A stretch of 64,000 nt of DNA from the human T2T-CHM13v2.0 reference genome, Homo sapiens. The notes under the pieces are model-generated. The model did not search any database. It had not been told where the DNA came from and was given only the letters and a program-made list of their open reading frames with translations. This document shows, piece after piece, positions 46,162 through 60,881 of the stretch (the first letter of the stretch is position 1; the number at the start of each line of letters is the position of its first letter). The translations under genes were made by a program, and so were the position numbers. The stretch is from the NCBI RefSeq assembly GCF_009914755.1, contig NC_060928.1; one strand, 5' to 3'.

Positions 46162-46961
46162 CACAGTGAGAAAGTCAAGAAGCATTTCTTTAATGGACTT
46201 TGAAAACTAGATACTATGATTTTGCCAATAAGCAGGAAAGACATTTTTCTTTCTTTTTGATTTTGTGCATGATGGTTGTTTTCCATATACAAAATGTAGT
46301 ATATGCCTGTCTCACATTCATGTCATATTCGCATAGTGACTTTGCCACCCATAGCTTTCTATAGGTGCAGTATTTGTATTCAAGAACAGTTACTGACTTC
46401 CACATCAATTGCTTTGTAGCGGAATAGCTGCCTCCTGGTCTATAGTGGCTGACATGAATTCACTTTTTAAGGGGGCTATTGCCTCAATAAAAAGTTAGAA
46501 TCTGGAGATGTTGATTTGCAGAGGAGTGTACACACCTGGCCTGCCAAACAACTTTCATCATATGAATAGGCTGAGGTGGCTTACACAAAAACAAAAAAAA
46601 AGGACCTCTTTTTCTTAAAGCACTAATATTTTGTTGTGTAGGCAACATTGCCTTACATGTTTAAAACATATTGTTTTTGGGAGGAATTAATAATATGTAT
46701 TATTGGGTTGTTGGGAGGAATTAATAATATGTATACATAATTTTATTGAGGGTTTATTATGTACCTGGAATTTTGCACATGTTTTCTCTAATCTTTACAA
46801 TAATCATATGCAGTAGGAATTACTGGCACTTTACTTGCACAGAAAGGAAGCCTTAACTGACTTGTGGAAGATGGCAAAGGTGGTAAAGAGGAGTTGGGAT
46901 TCCTGCTTAGGCCTCTTTGGAAGCAAAGCTCTTGTCTGTCTTTCTCTTATGATACTTTCTG

Positions 46962-47224
46962 TTTTTTTAGGAGACAGGGTCTTGCTCTGTTGTCCAGGCT
47001 GGAGTGTAGTGGCACAATCATAGCTCACAGTATCCTTGAATTCCTGGGCTCAAGCAATCCTCCTGTTTCAGCCTCTTGTGTAGCTAGGACCACAGGTGTG
47101 TGCCACTCACCTGATGGGGTCTTGCTACGTTGCCCAGGCTGGTCTCAAACTCCTAGCCTCAAGTGATCCTCCTGCTTCTGACTCCCAAAATGCTGGGATT
47201 ACAGGTGTGAGCCATCATACCCAG
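46962..47224 (-). repeat. AluJ-like with deleted middle region
   Basis: Both arms present, linker missing. Confidence 0.8.
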
Positions 47225-47251
47225 ACAGATATGTTTTGATATAGCTCCAGG

Positions 47252-47960
47252 CCAGTGGTTCTCAAAGCCTGGGCCCCACCCTGGAGTAATTTATTTACAA
47301 TATCTAGGGCAGGATCTGGGTGTGTAGATATATTTATAGATTTTATTTTTTAGAGCAGTTTTAAGTTCTCAGCAAGATTGAGCAGCAAGTACAGAGAGTA
47401 CTTATATACCCTCTTCCCCACACAGGCATTAGCCTCCTCTGCATTTATAGAAAGCTATGAGTGGCAAAGGCACTATGATGATGGCAATATGACATGAATG
47501 TGGGCCAGGCATATATTATATTTTTCATCCCCCAGCAAAGTGGTACATTTGTTAGAATTGATGAACCTCCATCGACACATCATTATCACTCAGAATCCAT
47601 AGTTTACATTAGGGTCCACTCTTGGTGTTTTATATTCTATGGGCTTGGGAAAATATATAATGACATGTATGCACCATTATAGTATCATACAAACTCTTTC
47701 CACTGCCCTAAAAATGCCCTGTGCCTGCTTATTTATCTTTCCTTCCCCACTAACCCCTGGCAACTGCTAATCCGTTTTGCTGTCTCCATAGTTTTTCCTT
47801 TTCCTGAATATTACAGAGTTGGAATCACAGCACATGTACCTTTACAGGTTGGCTTCTTTCACTTAGCAGTATGCATTTAAGGTTTCTCTCAGGATGTGGA
47901 GAGTTTTAAAAAGCACCCCAGGGAATGTTAACATGCAGCCAGTTTTGTGAACCACTGGTC
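47252..47960. repeat. MER5-like element split by an L1MC/MB 3' fragment (about 47330-47890)
   Basis: CAGTGGTTCTCAAA ... GAACCACTGG termini around L1 3' UTR motifs. Confidence 0.65.
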
Positions 47961-49370
47961 TCAGGGGTGAAATCTAGAAACAGCCAGCATTTAGGTAAAG
48001 ACTGGGCTTCTCCTTGCCGCTAAGAGGGCAAAGTTGATCTTCATCGCCCTTGCTGTGTTTCCCCATGTTGCTGAGCTGCCCAGTGGCCTTCAGCAGGAAG
48101 TCATACCCTCGCTAGGAACACAGCTCGTCATGGCCTCTTGTACCTGGAATGGGTGTCAGATTCTGGCCCCATTCTTGTAAATAAATCTCTGGGTTATCCC
48201 TGCTAAGGATCTTTGGGTGGCATTTTATTATCTGATTCTTACCTTTCTCTTGCAAAGAAGCCTGGAGCAAGTCCTTAGCAGAGGTTGAACCAAGGTGTTT
48301 CCGACTTTGGGAAAAGGAGTGGTTAATTTAGAATGACAGGATCTGGGAATGAGATGAAATCTGAGTTGAATTCTGAAATAAGGCTATAACATCTATAGCA
48401 TGACAGTGGGGTAGGGCTGTTTGGGATGAGGCTTTCTGGAAAGGAGGGAACAGTTTGAGACAAGATCTGAAGCAGGGAAGACAGGGTGACTTAACAAAAA
48501 TGTGAGTGCCTATCAGAGCCAGGGGTTTTGAGTAGCCCACAGGAATGGGGTAGTGATGTGTTGTACATGCACTTGCGGGAGATAACTCTGCAAAGGCTGA
48601 TGAGTCCTCTCTGAGGCATGTTTTAGTGTCTTCTTCACCTGTAGATCCCTGGAGACTCACCACCTCTCATAACCTTTGGAAAGGGTAGCTTCTGACTCTT
48701 CTTCCTTGACATGGCAGATTGGACCAAGGCTGAATGCTAGAACTAGTTTTCAGTTTAGTTTTAGCATTCAGCCTTGGTTCAATTTCTGTATTTGTTGGTT
48801 CAGATGCCCAGGGGAGATCATCTAGCTGGCAAGAGAACCAATCAGATGGTCTCATGTGAGCATTTGAACCAACAAATATAGAAATTTCATAGTAGAGGGC
48901 CCTGATTGTGAACCATCATGCATTTAATAAGTGCTGATTATCTGCCTCATGCTGTTCTAGGGCCTATTGATACAGGGATGTACAAGGCAAAGTCCTTCTT
49001 TCACAGACATTAGGTTTAAATGGGAAAATGCACAAGTAAATAAATAAGAAAATGTCAGGTCATAACAAAGGCAATGGATGAAACAGGGTCCTTTGACCGA
49101 GTGTAATCAGGAGAAACAGATGTCATCAAATGGTGGGCTTGGGGGGAGATCAGAGAAGACCCTTGAAAGAATGTGACAGGGATTAATAGATATGGAGTCC
49201 AAGGCAAAAATTAGGAAAAGAGTTGACTAGAGCATGTGTGTCTCATGACAGAACTAGAGTTGGGGGGAGCTTTGTGGTCCCTCGAGATTTAGGGAGCCAC
49301 AGGTGATTCCTGGTTAATTTTTGGTTCCTTTGAGCCATTTCCTCCCTTGCATTCTTTTAATAACATCTCT

Positions 49371-49420
49371 ACACACACACACATACACACATACACACAC
49401 ACACACGCACCTACACACAC
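49371..49420. repeat. Imperfect (CA)n microsatellite
   Basis: Direct read. Confidence 0.85.
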
Positions 49421-52008
49421 CCTCTCCTGAGCTCGCTTAAGTGGATCTTGCATCTTGCATGCCAAAGTGCTTAAAAACAGGGATAAATTGAGGAAGATTC
49501 TGAATGGTAGTCTGTGGTTTTGGACTTTGTTCTGTCTCAGAAAGGGCTTTTGAGCGCTATAGAGTGTCTTTATGCAGTGGTGTCAGGGAGAACACATTCC
49601 TTTTTCGAGGATGGAAAGCTACTGATTGTACTGAAGCTCGCATTCCTCTGCCAACTGCTGGAACAGGAAAAACAACCATCATCCTGACTGCCAGCAGTCT
49701 GGCCAGACACCACCTGTTCTCAGTGCCTGTGTGGGGTGTTTAGCTTAGCTAGGCAGCTCCAACAGCACCTGGAATGCAAAAACATCCTGAATTTCTCCAA
49801 ACACCACAGCAGGACTGTTTAAACAGCAAGACATTCAGGAAATAGTCATTATCTCCACACCTCCTGCATTCAATAGGGTGGATTGTTGGATGAGCTTCAG
49901 AGGGCAGCTCCAGTGAGTGCCAAGTCCTCCCGGACCAGATCTCCCATCCACATGCATGTGCCACCTGTGGGCCAATGGGTCTGGGCTTCTCAGGTTATTG
50001 GAGAGGAAGTTGGGCTTGATTCTGTCTCCCTGTGTGGAGTCCTTTCTGTATACCAAATGAACTGTCAGCATCAGCACAAAAAATGGGTGCAGACTTGTGC
50101 AGGGAAGAGGAAGACTGCTGCTGTTGCACATATTTTCTATAGGGAGCATTTTGGACCATTATTAGGGGGAAAAGGTGGAGGTGGGTGGGCGAGTCTCATC
50201 TGTCTCATTTGCCTTGGGATAGAGAAAGGATGTACTGGTAGTCATCAGCCAGTGTCTTCCTTCCCTTCATTTGCCCCATTTTTTTCCCCATATTTGGCAG
50301 GAGTCCAAAGCAAACCATTGATGATCAAGCACTGGATGACAGCAGTTTGGTCTGGTTAATATTCTCATCAAGGAATGAGGTTGGTAATTAACAACTATAT
50401 GAGACTTCCAAAATACTTTCATTTTACAACTGCCTATTGTAACCCTCTAGTGTACCCTGATGTGCATACCTGTTCTTTTGCGGTTTTAAAACTTTACTGA
50501 AAAGCCAAACACTTTATTCAAGTGAATTTTACAGATCTGGATTAGGAAGCAGATCAACTGAGCTTCTTCCTAGGAAGAAGCTAAAAGATGCTGGAATAAA
50601 TCAGAAATATGGCACTTTTAAAACTCAGGTTTCCACCTACTATTATTTTAAAAAGCATCAAAATGTATATCATTTTTGGTCCTAATGAAGTAGAGCCCCT
50701 TATGTGAAAATAAAAACAAAAGCAAAACACTCTTCGATGGTGGGGGCCAATTTGGTCTGAATGTTTTGATGACTCCAGCATGCCTGCAGTTCATTTGGCT
50801 CCAACCAGTCCCAGCAAGGTAGCTGACAGAGGCCTGAAGTTGGCAGTTGCAGTCAGCTGAAATTCTGAAACCCAGCAACACATCACTTAGTCCCACTTAC
50901 TGAGAAAAAATGATTTACTCTATCATATGCACTGTAATCCCTTAATGCCTCCCAAAATGTATCTGGTTTGGAAAATCTCACACAACCTAGATAATAACAC
51001 ATATTTCAGAAAAGAGAATGTTTTGTTAACAAGAAAGGCAAAACAAAACACAGTAAAATCACCCTGAAAAAGCCATGTAAGCTGCTTCTATTCCTAGTGA
51101 CTCTGAGGGACTTGGTATAACGGAACAGTGCTTTGTAGCTAGGAAAAATGGAAAATCAGTGAAATGGAAGACAATTGCAAATAAGTCAAAATATTATGTT
51201 AATGATAAGTGTATGTAATTGTCTCTTGTTCTGAACATAAAGGAGAAGGTATATATTTTTTTTCAAGTGAAGTTAGTTGGTTTCTCCCTACTCTCACTAA
51301 AAATGTGTTGAGTCAATATTTGAAGAATTGGCACAAACCATTAGCCAGCCCAGAGAACCCATGTGCCTCAGTGAGTCTGATAAGGTGGTATCCCAATATA
51401 CGTCAAATAAGAGTAAGGCCTCTCTGACTGAAGAGGAAGGCTGGAGACCCACAGCTTCGCCCCTTGCTAGCTGCTTTTGAGTATCTTCTGTGAAGCAACT
51501 TGCAAACCATGGCTCTACTGGATCATTGTTTGATGACTCCTAATCTTTATTTCTTTTTCTGTCTTCACCAGTCTACTCTCACTCCATTTTTGTCTTTTCT
51601 ACCACCCCTAAGCTGGTGTTTTCCAAAGCTAGTGCTCACAGCAGTGCTGGTCCCTGATGAAGTTCACACTACTATCTGAAGAGTGGTGGAAGAAAGGCAC
51701 AATTTAGTGAGTTTTTGCAAAGCCAAATTGTTCTATTTAAGACTTTTTTTTCATTATGAGATAATATCTGCTTATTTTTTGGTTGTTAAAATGTTCTTTT
51801 TTAATGAAATGATGAGAATAGCAGATTTTTAAAAATTCTTTTTTTTGGGCAAAATAGAAAATTACTAGCCCTATATTAGTCCCCAGGTTTTTTTTTTTTA
51901 ATTAAAATCACACTTTTTGGGTAAAATTCCAAAATCTAGGCATCATTATTTTAAGGTACATTTAAAAAATTTAATGGATACATAATATTTTACATATTTA
52001 TGGGGTGA

Positions 52009-52372
<364 letters not shown>

Positions 52373-52774
52373 AGTATTTATCATTTCTGTGTGTTGGTAA
52401 TATTTCAAGTTATCTCTTCCAGCTATTTTGAAATATACACCTTGTTGCTAACTATAGTCACTCCACTTTGCTATCAAATATTATAACTTTTAACTTCTAT
52501 AGAACTGTAAGTTTGTACCCATTAACTAAACTCTCTTTATCCCTCCTCACCCCCACATAACCTTCTCAGTCTCTGGTACCTATTATTCTACTCTCTACTT
52601 CCATGAGATCAACTTTTTTTAGCTCCCAGGTATGAGTGAGAACGTGTGATATTTGTCTTTCTGTGCCTGGCTTATTCCATTTAACATAATGACCTCCAGT
52701 TCCATCCAAGTTGCTGCAAATGACATGATTTCATTCTTTTTATGGCTGAATGGAACTCCATCGCGAATATACCA

Positions 52775-53100
<326 letters not shown>

Positions 53101-53435
53101 ATATACCACGTTTTCTTTCTTTAGTTTAAAAATGAAAGCAAATTTGTTAAGAAAGTAAAGAAATAAAAGAATGGCTACCCCATACGCAGAGCAGTAGCAT
53201 GGGCTGCTAGACTGAGTATACTTGTAGTTATTTCTTGATTGCATGCTAAACAAGGGGTGGATTATTCACCAGTTTTTAAGGAAAGGGGTGGAGATTTCCT
53301 GGAATGAGGGTTCCTCCATTTTTTTAAAGACTATATAGGGTAACTTCTGGACGTTGCTATTGCATTTGTAAACTGTCATGGCGCTGGTGGGAGTGCCTTT
53401 TAGCATTGCTAACGCATTCATAATAAGCATATAAT

Positions 53436-53724
53436 GGCTGGGTGTGGTGGCTCATACCTGTAATTCCAGCACGTTGGGAGGCCCAGGCAGGTAGATTGCT
53501 TGAGGCCAGGAGTTCGATACCAGCCTGGCCAACATGGAGAAACCCTGTCTCTATTAAAAATACAAAAAATTAGCCAAACATGTGGTGTGCACCTGGATTC
53601 CCAACTACTTGGCTGAGGCACGAGAATTGCTTGAACCCAGGAGGTGGAGGCTGCAGTGAGCTGAGATCATGCCACTGCACTCCAGCCTGGGCAACACAGT
53701 GAGACTCTGTCTCAAAAGAAAAAA
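53436..53724 (+). repeat. AluS/J inserted in MER41 U3
   Basis: TSD AGCATATAAT. Confidence 0.9.
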
Positions 53725-55149
53725 TAGCATATAATGAGCAGTGAGAATGGCTAGAGGTCACTTTCATTGCCATCTTGGTTTTGGTGGGTTTTAGCCAGCT
53801 TCTTTACCACATCCTATTTTATCAGCAGGGTTTTTGTAAGCTGTATCCTGTGATACCAGTCCTGTCCACCTCTTATTTCATCTGTGACTAAGAATGCCTA
53901 ACCTCCTAGGAATGCAGCAGCTCTTAGCCTTTTTTATCCAGCCCCTATTCAAGATGGAGTCACTGCCTCTGACATATTTCCCCCCTTCCTTTTACAAGGG
54001 AACCCTCAATCCTAAGGGTTGTAGAGGGATGAAAACTCATCTTCTGTAACTTCTTCAGGCTAAATAGGGGCAATGATAATCCTGCCTAACTATTAGGGTA
54101 TTTGTATCTAGGACAGAGAAGAACTCAATCAGAAAGTGTCAATATGCTGAGGGTCATTCATAACTCTGAGTTCCAACAAAAGGTGATATCTGGAAGATTA
54201 ATAAGTGTTCAATTTAAGAAAATGTTGAGTAAGCTTATCCTACATTCCTACAAAGGGTACAACAGCAATATATGCCACAACAGCAAAGCAAAATAAGTAA
54301 AATTATCCCAAGTAAACTAAATAGCTTTCCATGAACTGGGCAATTGTGGGAACCAAGCTGATATGGAGTTGCTAGCTGGTTCCAGTGTGTGCCAGAATTA
54401 GAATACTGATCTAGATTTTTACATTACCCATCCCTTTTGTTTCTTCTGAGCTGCAGCCAGAGATCACTGGTTGATTCACAGGAATAATCAGGGTTAGTCT
54501 AAATTGCAGGAAAAAACTTAAAAACAACTGATGAGATTAGAATCTAATAACAAGTGTACCATGGTTTTTGAAACATACTTTTTCTCTTCCCAGTTCTCAT
54601 TTTGATTAAAAACAAATCATGATAGCACTGAATTGTTTGCAAAATAAGCTTTAGTCTTAGACTTGGCCTGATTATTTATATAAAGTGTAGGAAGAATAAC
54701 TATTTTTCACATAGACTTTTTAAGTTGGCCCTGATGGAACTCTATTCCATAAGGAATCTCAGATAAGCCTTTTTTTTTTTTAAAGCCTTGAGCCCAGCCA
54801 TGGCTTTGTGCCATTAAATACCTATATGAGTTGGGTACATTCCTCTCTCTTGAGGTCTCCAGACAACTTGGGGCTCCTAAGTCTGTCAGGAAGTGACATT
54901 CTTTACTTACCACAGGTCAGGAACTCTGTACAGGGACTGTGTAGACAAAGAATGAGACCAGTTTTCTCAAGGGGCTTTTATTGGCTCTATAAGTCAACTT
55001 TGATTCTTTAAACAAGTCTGTCTGTACCTGAAAGCATACCATTCCAGTAAAAGCCTTAATAAAATAATCAGCATTTCCAATTGTGTCCTGTTACAAAAGA
55101 AAACAGATCATTATTACACCTATGCAAATAACGATATTGCTATAAATTA

Positions 55150-55556
<407 letters not shown>

Positions 55557-58500
55557 TTAAAAGCTGTAAATAGCTCAAAAGAAAACTTTTCTTCTCTCTG
55601 AAAACAAAACAAAGAATCAGTAACATTTTAAGCAAAAAATTATAAAGGGATTATTTCAGTCTTCTATTAGTTAAGTTCATGCAGTTAACCTCCGTTCTGC
55701 TTGATATTCATGAACATTTCAGCTTTCCATGAGAGTCCTGAAAGATTTTTCTCTATTCTAATGTCACAATCTCCAAAGTTATCAGAAACCTGCATTCAAG
55801 AGCACCTGTCAGAGTCCCATAGCTGATTATAAAACTGCCTTTTAAAGAGGATCAAAACAAGATAACAATTGTCTGTGGATGACAAAGTCTTAGGGCAGCC
55901 ACTATTAAAGCCACAATTGACTAGAAATTTTGGTTACTTCTTTGGCATACAACAACTTTACATAACAATTATAATTGTAAATAATGTACACTAAGTCAGA
56001 ATTATAGGAGTTTCCCATAATTTTGGAATATATACCAATAGCATATTTAATGAATACAGACCAAAGAAAGCCAAACACCATTTTATATTTGACAATGCTT
56101 CTTTTATGATTTTATACCAAATAAACCAAAAATAGTAAGTCATTTTTGGACTTTAGGGGACTTAATATCTAAAAGATTATTTATTTGGTCAGAAAAAGAC
56201 ATAATTTACAATATGATTTTGGAAAGTTTGTCAAATATCAAAGGTTTAGAAGACTTGGTACTATAAAATAGAATTTCAGGTCACTGTAAGTCATTCATTT
56301 AGCCAAAATGATAACTCAACAATTTTAAAAAGGCAATAACCTTTACTCATTATTAGAGAAAAGACTTAGCTTTCCAAACAATCTCTTTTCTTTCCTTTCT
56401 TTTTCCTATAGTTTATTTAAAAGGCAAATAAAATCTTTTATTATTTTTAATATTACATGAAAATTTTGTTCAAGAGAAAAAGGGGGATGTTTCCATACCT
56501 TCCAGGTGGCCAAGAGCACGTGTCTCTGATCTAAAAGTGCAAAGAGCTGAGTATTCCCCCATAACTGCTATTAATATCAGCCATCTTCAAAAGTATATTT
56601 CCTACCTACTTATTACACACCAAAACTCTCTCATAATATGAAGTAATTCCTGATACTCTCCAAAGCTGAAGACGTCAGATAATGCAATGCAAAACAGAAC
56701 AGAGCCTTAGATTTTGAGAGGGATCTATCCACTTTCAATTCCTGGGGTTTCATGAGGAAAATGGTGTTTTCCTCCCCGGCAGAGTCTGTGGTGCCTCTTC
56801 TGTTTTTCCCAAGGAGTTTCAGGCTGTTAGAAATTATCTTTGGATAATTTCTCTCATGTGTGCATCAACAGTGGCAAGAAGACAAAATGGAGAAAAACAA
56901 TTAAGTCAGCTGAGAAGAGAAAAACTTTTTCTTCAGAAAAATAAGATCCAGTAAGAGAAAAAAACATAAAGGCCTTTAAAATATATGTATAGCATGTATA
57001 TTGCTTTTAATTTAGCTGACTTTTAACCAAATATCTTATTACCAAAGTCTATCCAGAATAAACAGCAAGTATTTCTGGCTTTTGAACTTTACCAAAGGTA
57101 ACCTCCCAGGTGCTCAGAGAAAGGAAAACCCAAGACAGGAAGTCAGAAGTTGTATATGGAGGGGAAGAGGATCAGTAAATGGCAAAGGTCACACAAATAT
57201 CAACCAGAAAGTTCTCATTCCTAGGCTGAAAATGGAACCTGGGCTGCCATTGTGAAAAGACAAAGCCTTAGCTCCTAAGCTACAGCATTGGGCAGTTTCC
57301 TCTGCCCTGCCCAGAAGGACTCTAGAGGCAGCCAATTTTGAGCCTGCAAAGGCTTTTAACTGCTCAAGAGAATTTTTAGAGCTATGACATGAATTCCAAA
57401 ATTCCTGTCTCTGAATTTTGGCAGAGACCAAGAGCAAGTACTGCCATGTGGTTATGAGGACAAGCTCCTAAGGACATAAGACAAGATGAGAGGGAAATAT
57501 CATCTAATTTTTTGTTTGTTTGTTTCAGGGAAGCAAAATTTGGTAACTGACCAGTTTGCTGGGATGGCTTGGACAGTGGACTTATGGGATCCTAGGCCTG
57601 TGTTCTATCCTAAGGTACCCCTCCTTATGACAGAATGATACAGAAAGACAAATTCATAGCATAAAGTCCACCGGATTTGTTACAGTCTAACACTAGACTC
57701 ACAGATTATTTTTTCCCATTGTTCAAAACGTTGCAGAGGAGGTGAACAGTGATTTCTTTACCATTCACCCAACCAGTTTGCACAGAGAGCGAGGCCAGAA
57801 ACCTGACTGGTAAGAAATTCTTACCCTTTTGCTGGCATGCTAGATTTCTGGGTTCCCTTTTCCTCAGCACCTGTAGTGACCCTTTTTGCCACATTATAGT
57901 CCTGGGTGCCAAGCCGCAACACAAAGGAAAATCATCTTTTTCTGTTTCATAGAACCATAGGCAAAAGCCTATCAAGTTTGCAAGATGCCACCCAAGGGGT
58001 TGCATGGGTTAACCAAATTCACATTTCCCATTCTGGCCAGAGCAAAATACATGTGACAAAACACAGACATTAGCCACCCTGTTTAGCACCCAATATTGAA
58101 CTGGTGAGGCTCAAACTTGCCCCGAGTTGGGCCCTGTTATCTTTAATCCATTCAAAGTGGGGTGGAATGACCTCTAACCAGGAGTTTCAAAATGTGGCCT
58201 CTGGGTAAGATGGAAGAGCAGATGGCCTCCTTGAGTAACAGAAAAGTTAGGAAAAGGAAAGGAGAGAAAGAGAGAGAGAAAAGCATTGCTTGCAGTGTGG
58301 TGAGGAAGGTGAGCAGCTCAGGGAGGCCAGAGAAAGACCCACTGTTACCCATTGCAGAGACGGTGAATCAAAAGTTCAGGCAGCTGCTTGTCAGTCACAA
58401 AGGTATCTTTTCCAGCAGCCCCATAAGCTCTCAAGTTTCTTCCTTTGTGGAGAGAAAAGCTCCCCATGTCCTGTGATCCTGTACTTGCCTAATTATGTCA

Positions 58501-59843
58501 CCCATAGACATCAGCAAAGAGAGTAAGGCAGATTAATTCAAAGAGAATAGTGGTTAACATCCCATAATGTCAAATCCATTTTTAACCAAGAGACTTTACT
58601 GAGGGGGACCTTTAACCCCCTAAATCTTAGGAAGGACTCTAACCTTCCTAAGTTGGGCCTTGAAACCAAGTTTGGTCAAGTGTCCTTGCCTTTTATTAAG
58701 AGGGGCCTTTAGCCCTCTCTGTCTTAGGAGGGATTCTAACCCTCCTAAATTGGGTCTCTAACCCAATCCCATCATTTACCCTGGTGAAATGTACCCGCCC
58801 TCTTACCCAAAGTCAGCCAATTGATACTGCAGTCCATTTCCTTTGAGTTGGGGGTCTTCTCACTATAGTCTCTTCATGGTTTTCCAGGAAGATGTTATGG
58901 GAAAGGGGTCCCAATCCAGACTGCAAGAGAGGGTTCTTGGACATCATGCAAGAAAGAATTCTGGGTGAGTTCATAGAGTAAAATGAAAGCAAGTTTATTA
59001 AGAAAGTAAAGGAATAAAAGAATGGCTACCCCATAGGCAGAGCAGCCTATACCACATTTTCTTTATCCATTCGTCCTCTTAGGTAGATTCCATATCTTCG
59101 CTATTGAGAACAGTGCTGAAATAAACATACGGGCACAGGTATACACTTGATATGCTGGTTTCTTTTCCTTTGGATAAATTCCCAAGAGTGGGATTGCTAG
59201 ATCATGTGGTAGTTCTATTTTCAGTTTTTTGAGAAATCTTCATATTATTTTCCATAGTGGTGGGACTAATTTACATTCCCACCAATGATCTACAAATGTT
59301 CCCTTTTCTCTGCAGCCTCACCAGCATCTGTTATTCTATGTCTTTTCAGTAAGAGCCATTCTGACTGATGTGAGATGGCATCTCATTGTGGTTTTAATTT
59401 GCATTTCTCTGATTATTAGTGATGTTGAGCATTTTTTAATATATCTATTGGCCATTTGTATGTCTTTTTTTGCACAATGTCTATTCATGTTCTTTGCCCA
59501 CTTTTTAATGGGATTATTATTATTTTACTGTTGAGTTTTTCGAGCTCCTTGTGTATCCTGGATATTAATCCCCTGTCAGATGAATAGTTTGCAAATATTT
59601 TCTCCCATTCAACAGGTTGTCCCTTTACTCTGTTGATTGTTTCTTTTGCTGCGCAGAAACTTTTTAGTTTAATATAGACCCATTTGTCTATTTTGTTTCT
59701 GTTGCCTGTGCTTTTGAGGTTTTAGCCATAAAATCTTTGCCTTCACCAAAGTCCTGAAGGGTTTCCTCTACGTTTTCTTCAAGTAGCTTTGTAGTTTTGA
59801 GTCTTACATTTAAGTCTTTAATCTCTCTTGAGTTGATTTTAAG

Positions 59844-59985
59844 TTTTTTTTTTAATTTTAAGTTTTGGTAGAGACAGGGTCTCGCTATGCTGCCCAGGCT
59901 AGTCTCAAGCTCCTGGGCTCAAGCAATCCTCCTGCCTCAGCCTCTCAAGGTGCTGGGATTACAGGCGTGAGCCACTGTGCCTGGC
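59844..59985 (-). repeat. FLAM-like Alu monomer in L1
   Basis: Single left arm; TSD TTGAG(T/A)TGAT. Confidence 0.8.
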
Positions 59986-60881
59986 CTTGAGATGATCGTT
60001 GGATAAGATGAGAGATAGAGGTCTAGTTTCATTTTTCTGCATATGGATATTCAATTTTCCCAGAACCATTTATTGAAGAGACTGTCCTTCTCCTAATGTA
60101 TGTTCTTGGTGCCTTTGTTAAAAACCAGCTGATTGTAAATACATGGATTTATATCTAGGTTATCTATTTTGTTCCATTGTTCTATGTGTCTGTTTTTATA
60201 CCAATATCTTGCTGTTTTGGTTTCTATAGCCTTGTGATATATTTTGAAGTCAGGTAGTGTAATGCTTCTAGCTATGTTCCTTTTGTTCAGGATTGCTTTG
60301 GTTATTTGGGCTCCATATATTTCTTTTGGTTCCACATAAATTTTAGGATTATTTTTTCTGTTTTTGTGAAAAATGACTTTGGTATTTTCACAGAGATTGC
60401 ATTGAATCTGTAGATTGCTTTGGGGAGCATGTTTATTTTAACAATATTAACTTCTAAAATTCATGAGCACCAGGTATCTTTCTATTTGTATCCTCTTCAA
60501 TTTATCTCACTGGTGTTTTGTGGTTTTCTTTGTAAAGGTCTTTCACCTCCTTGGTTAAATTTATTCCTTGGTATTCTTTTGGTAGCTATGTAAATGAGAT
60601 TCTTGATTTCCTTCTCAGCTAGATTGTTATTGGTGTATAGAAAGGCTACTGACTTTTATATATTGATTTTGTATCCTGAAACTTTACTGAATTTATTTAT
60701 CAGATCTAAGAGTTTTTTGTTGGAATCTCTAGGTTTTTCCAGATATCTGATCATGTCATCTGCAAAGGGGGATAATTTGAGTTCCTCTTTACAAATTTGA
60801 ATGCCCTTAATTTCTTTCTCTTGCTGGACTGCAATGGCTAGGACTTCCAGTACTGTGGTGAACAGGAGTGGTGAAAGCAGG

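Noticed and set aside
49883-50359. 158-aa ORF in apparently unique sequence
   Set aside because: Non-ATG start, no recognisable domain, no promoter or splice support.
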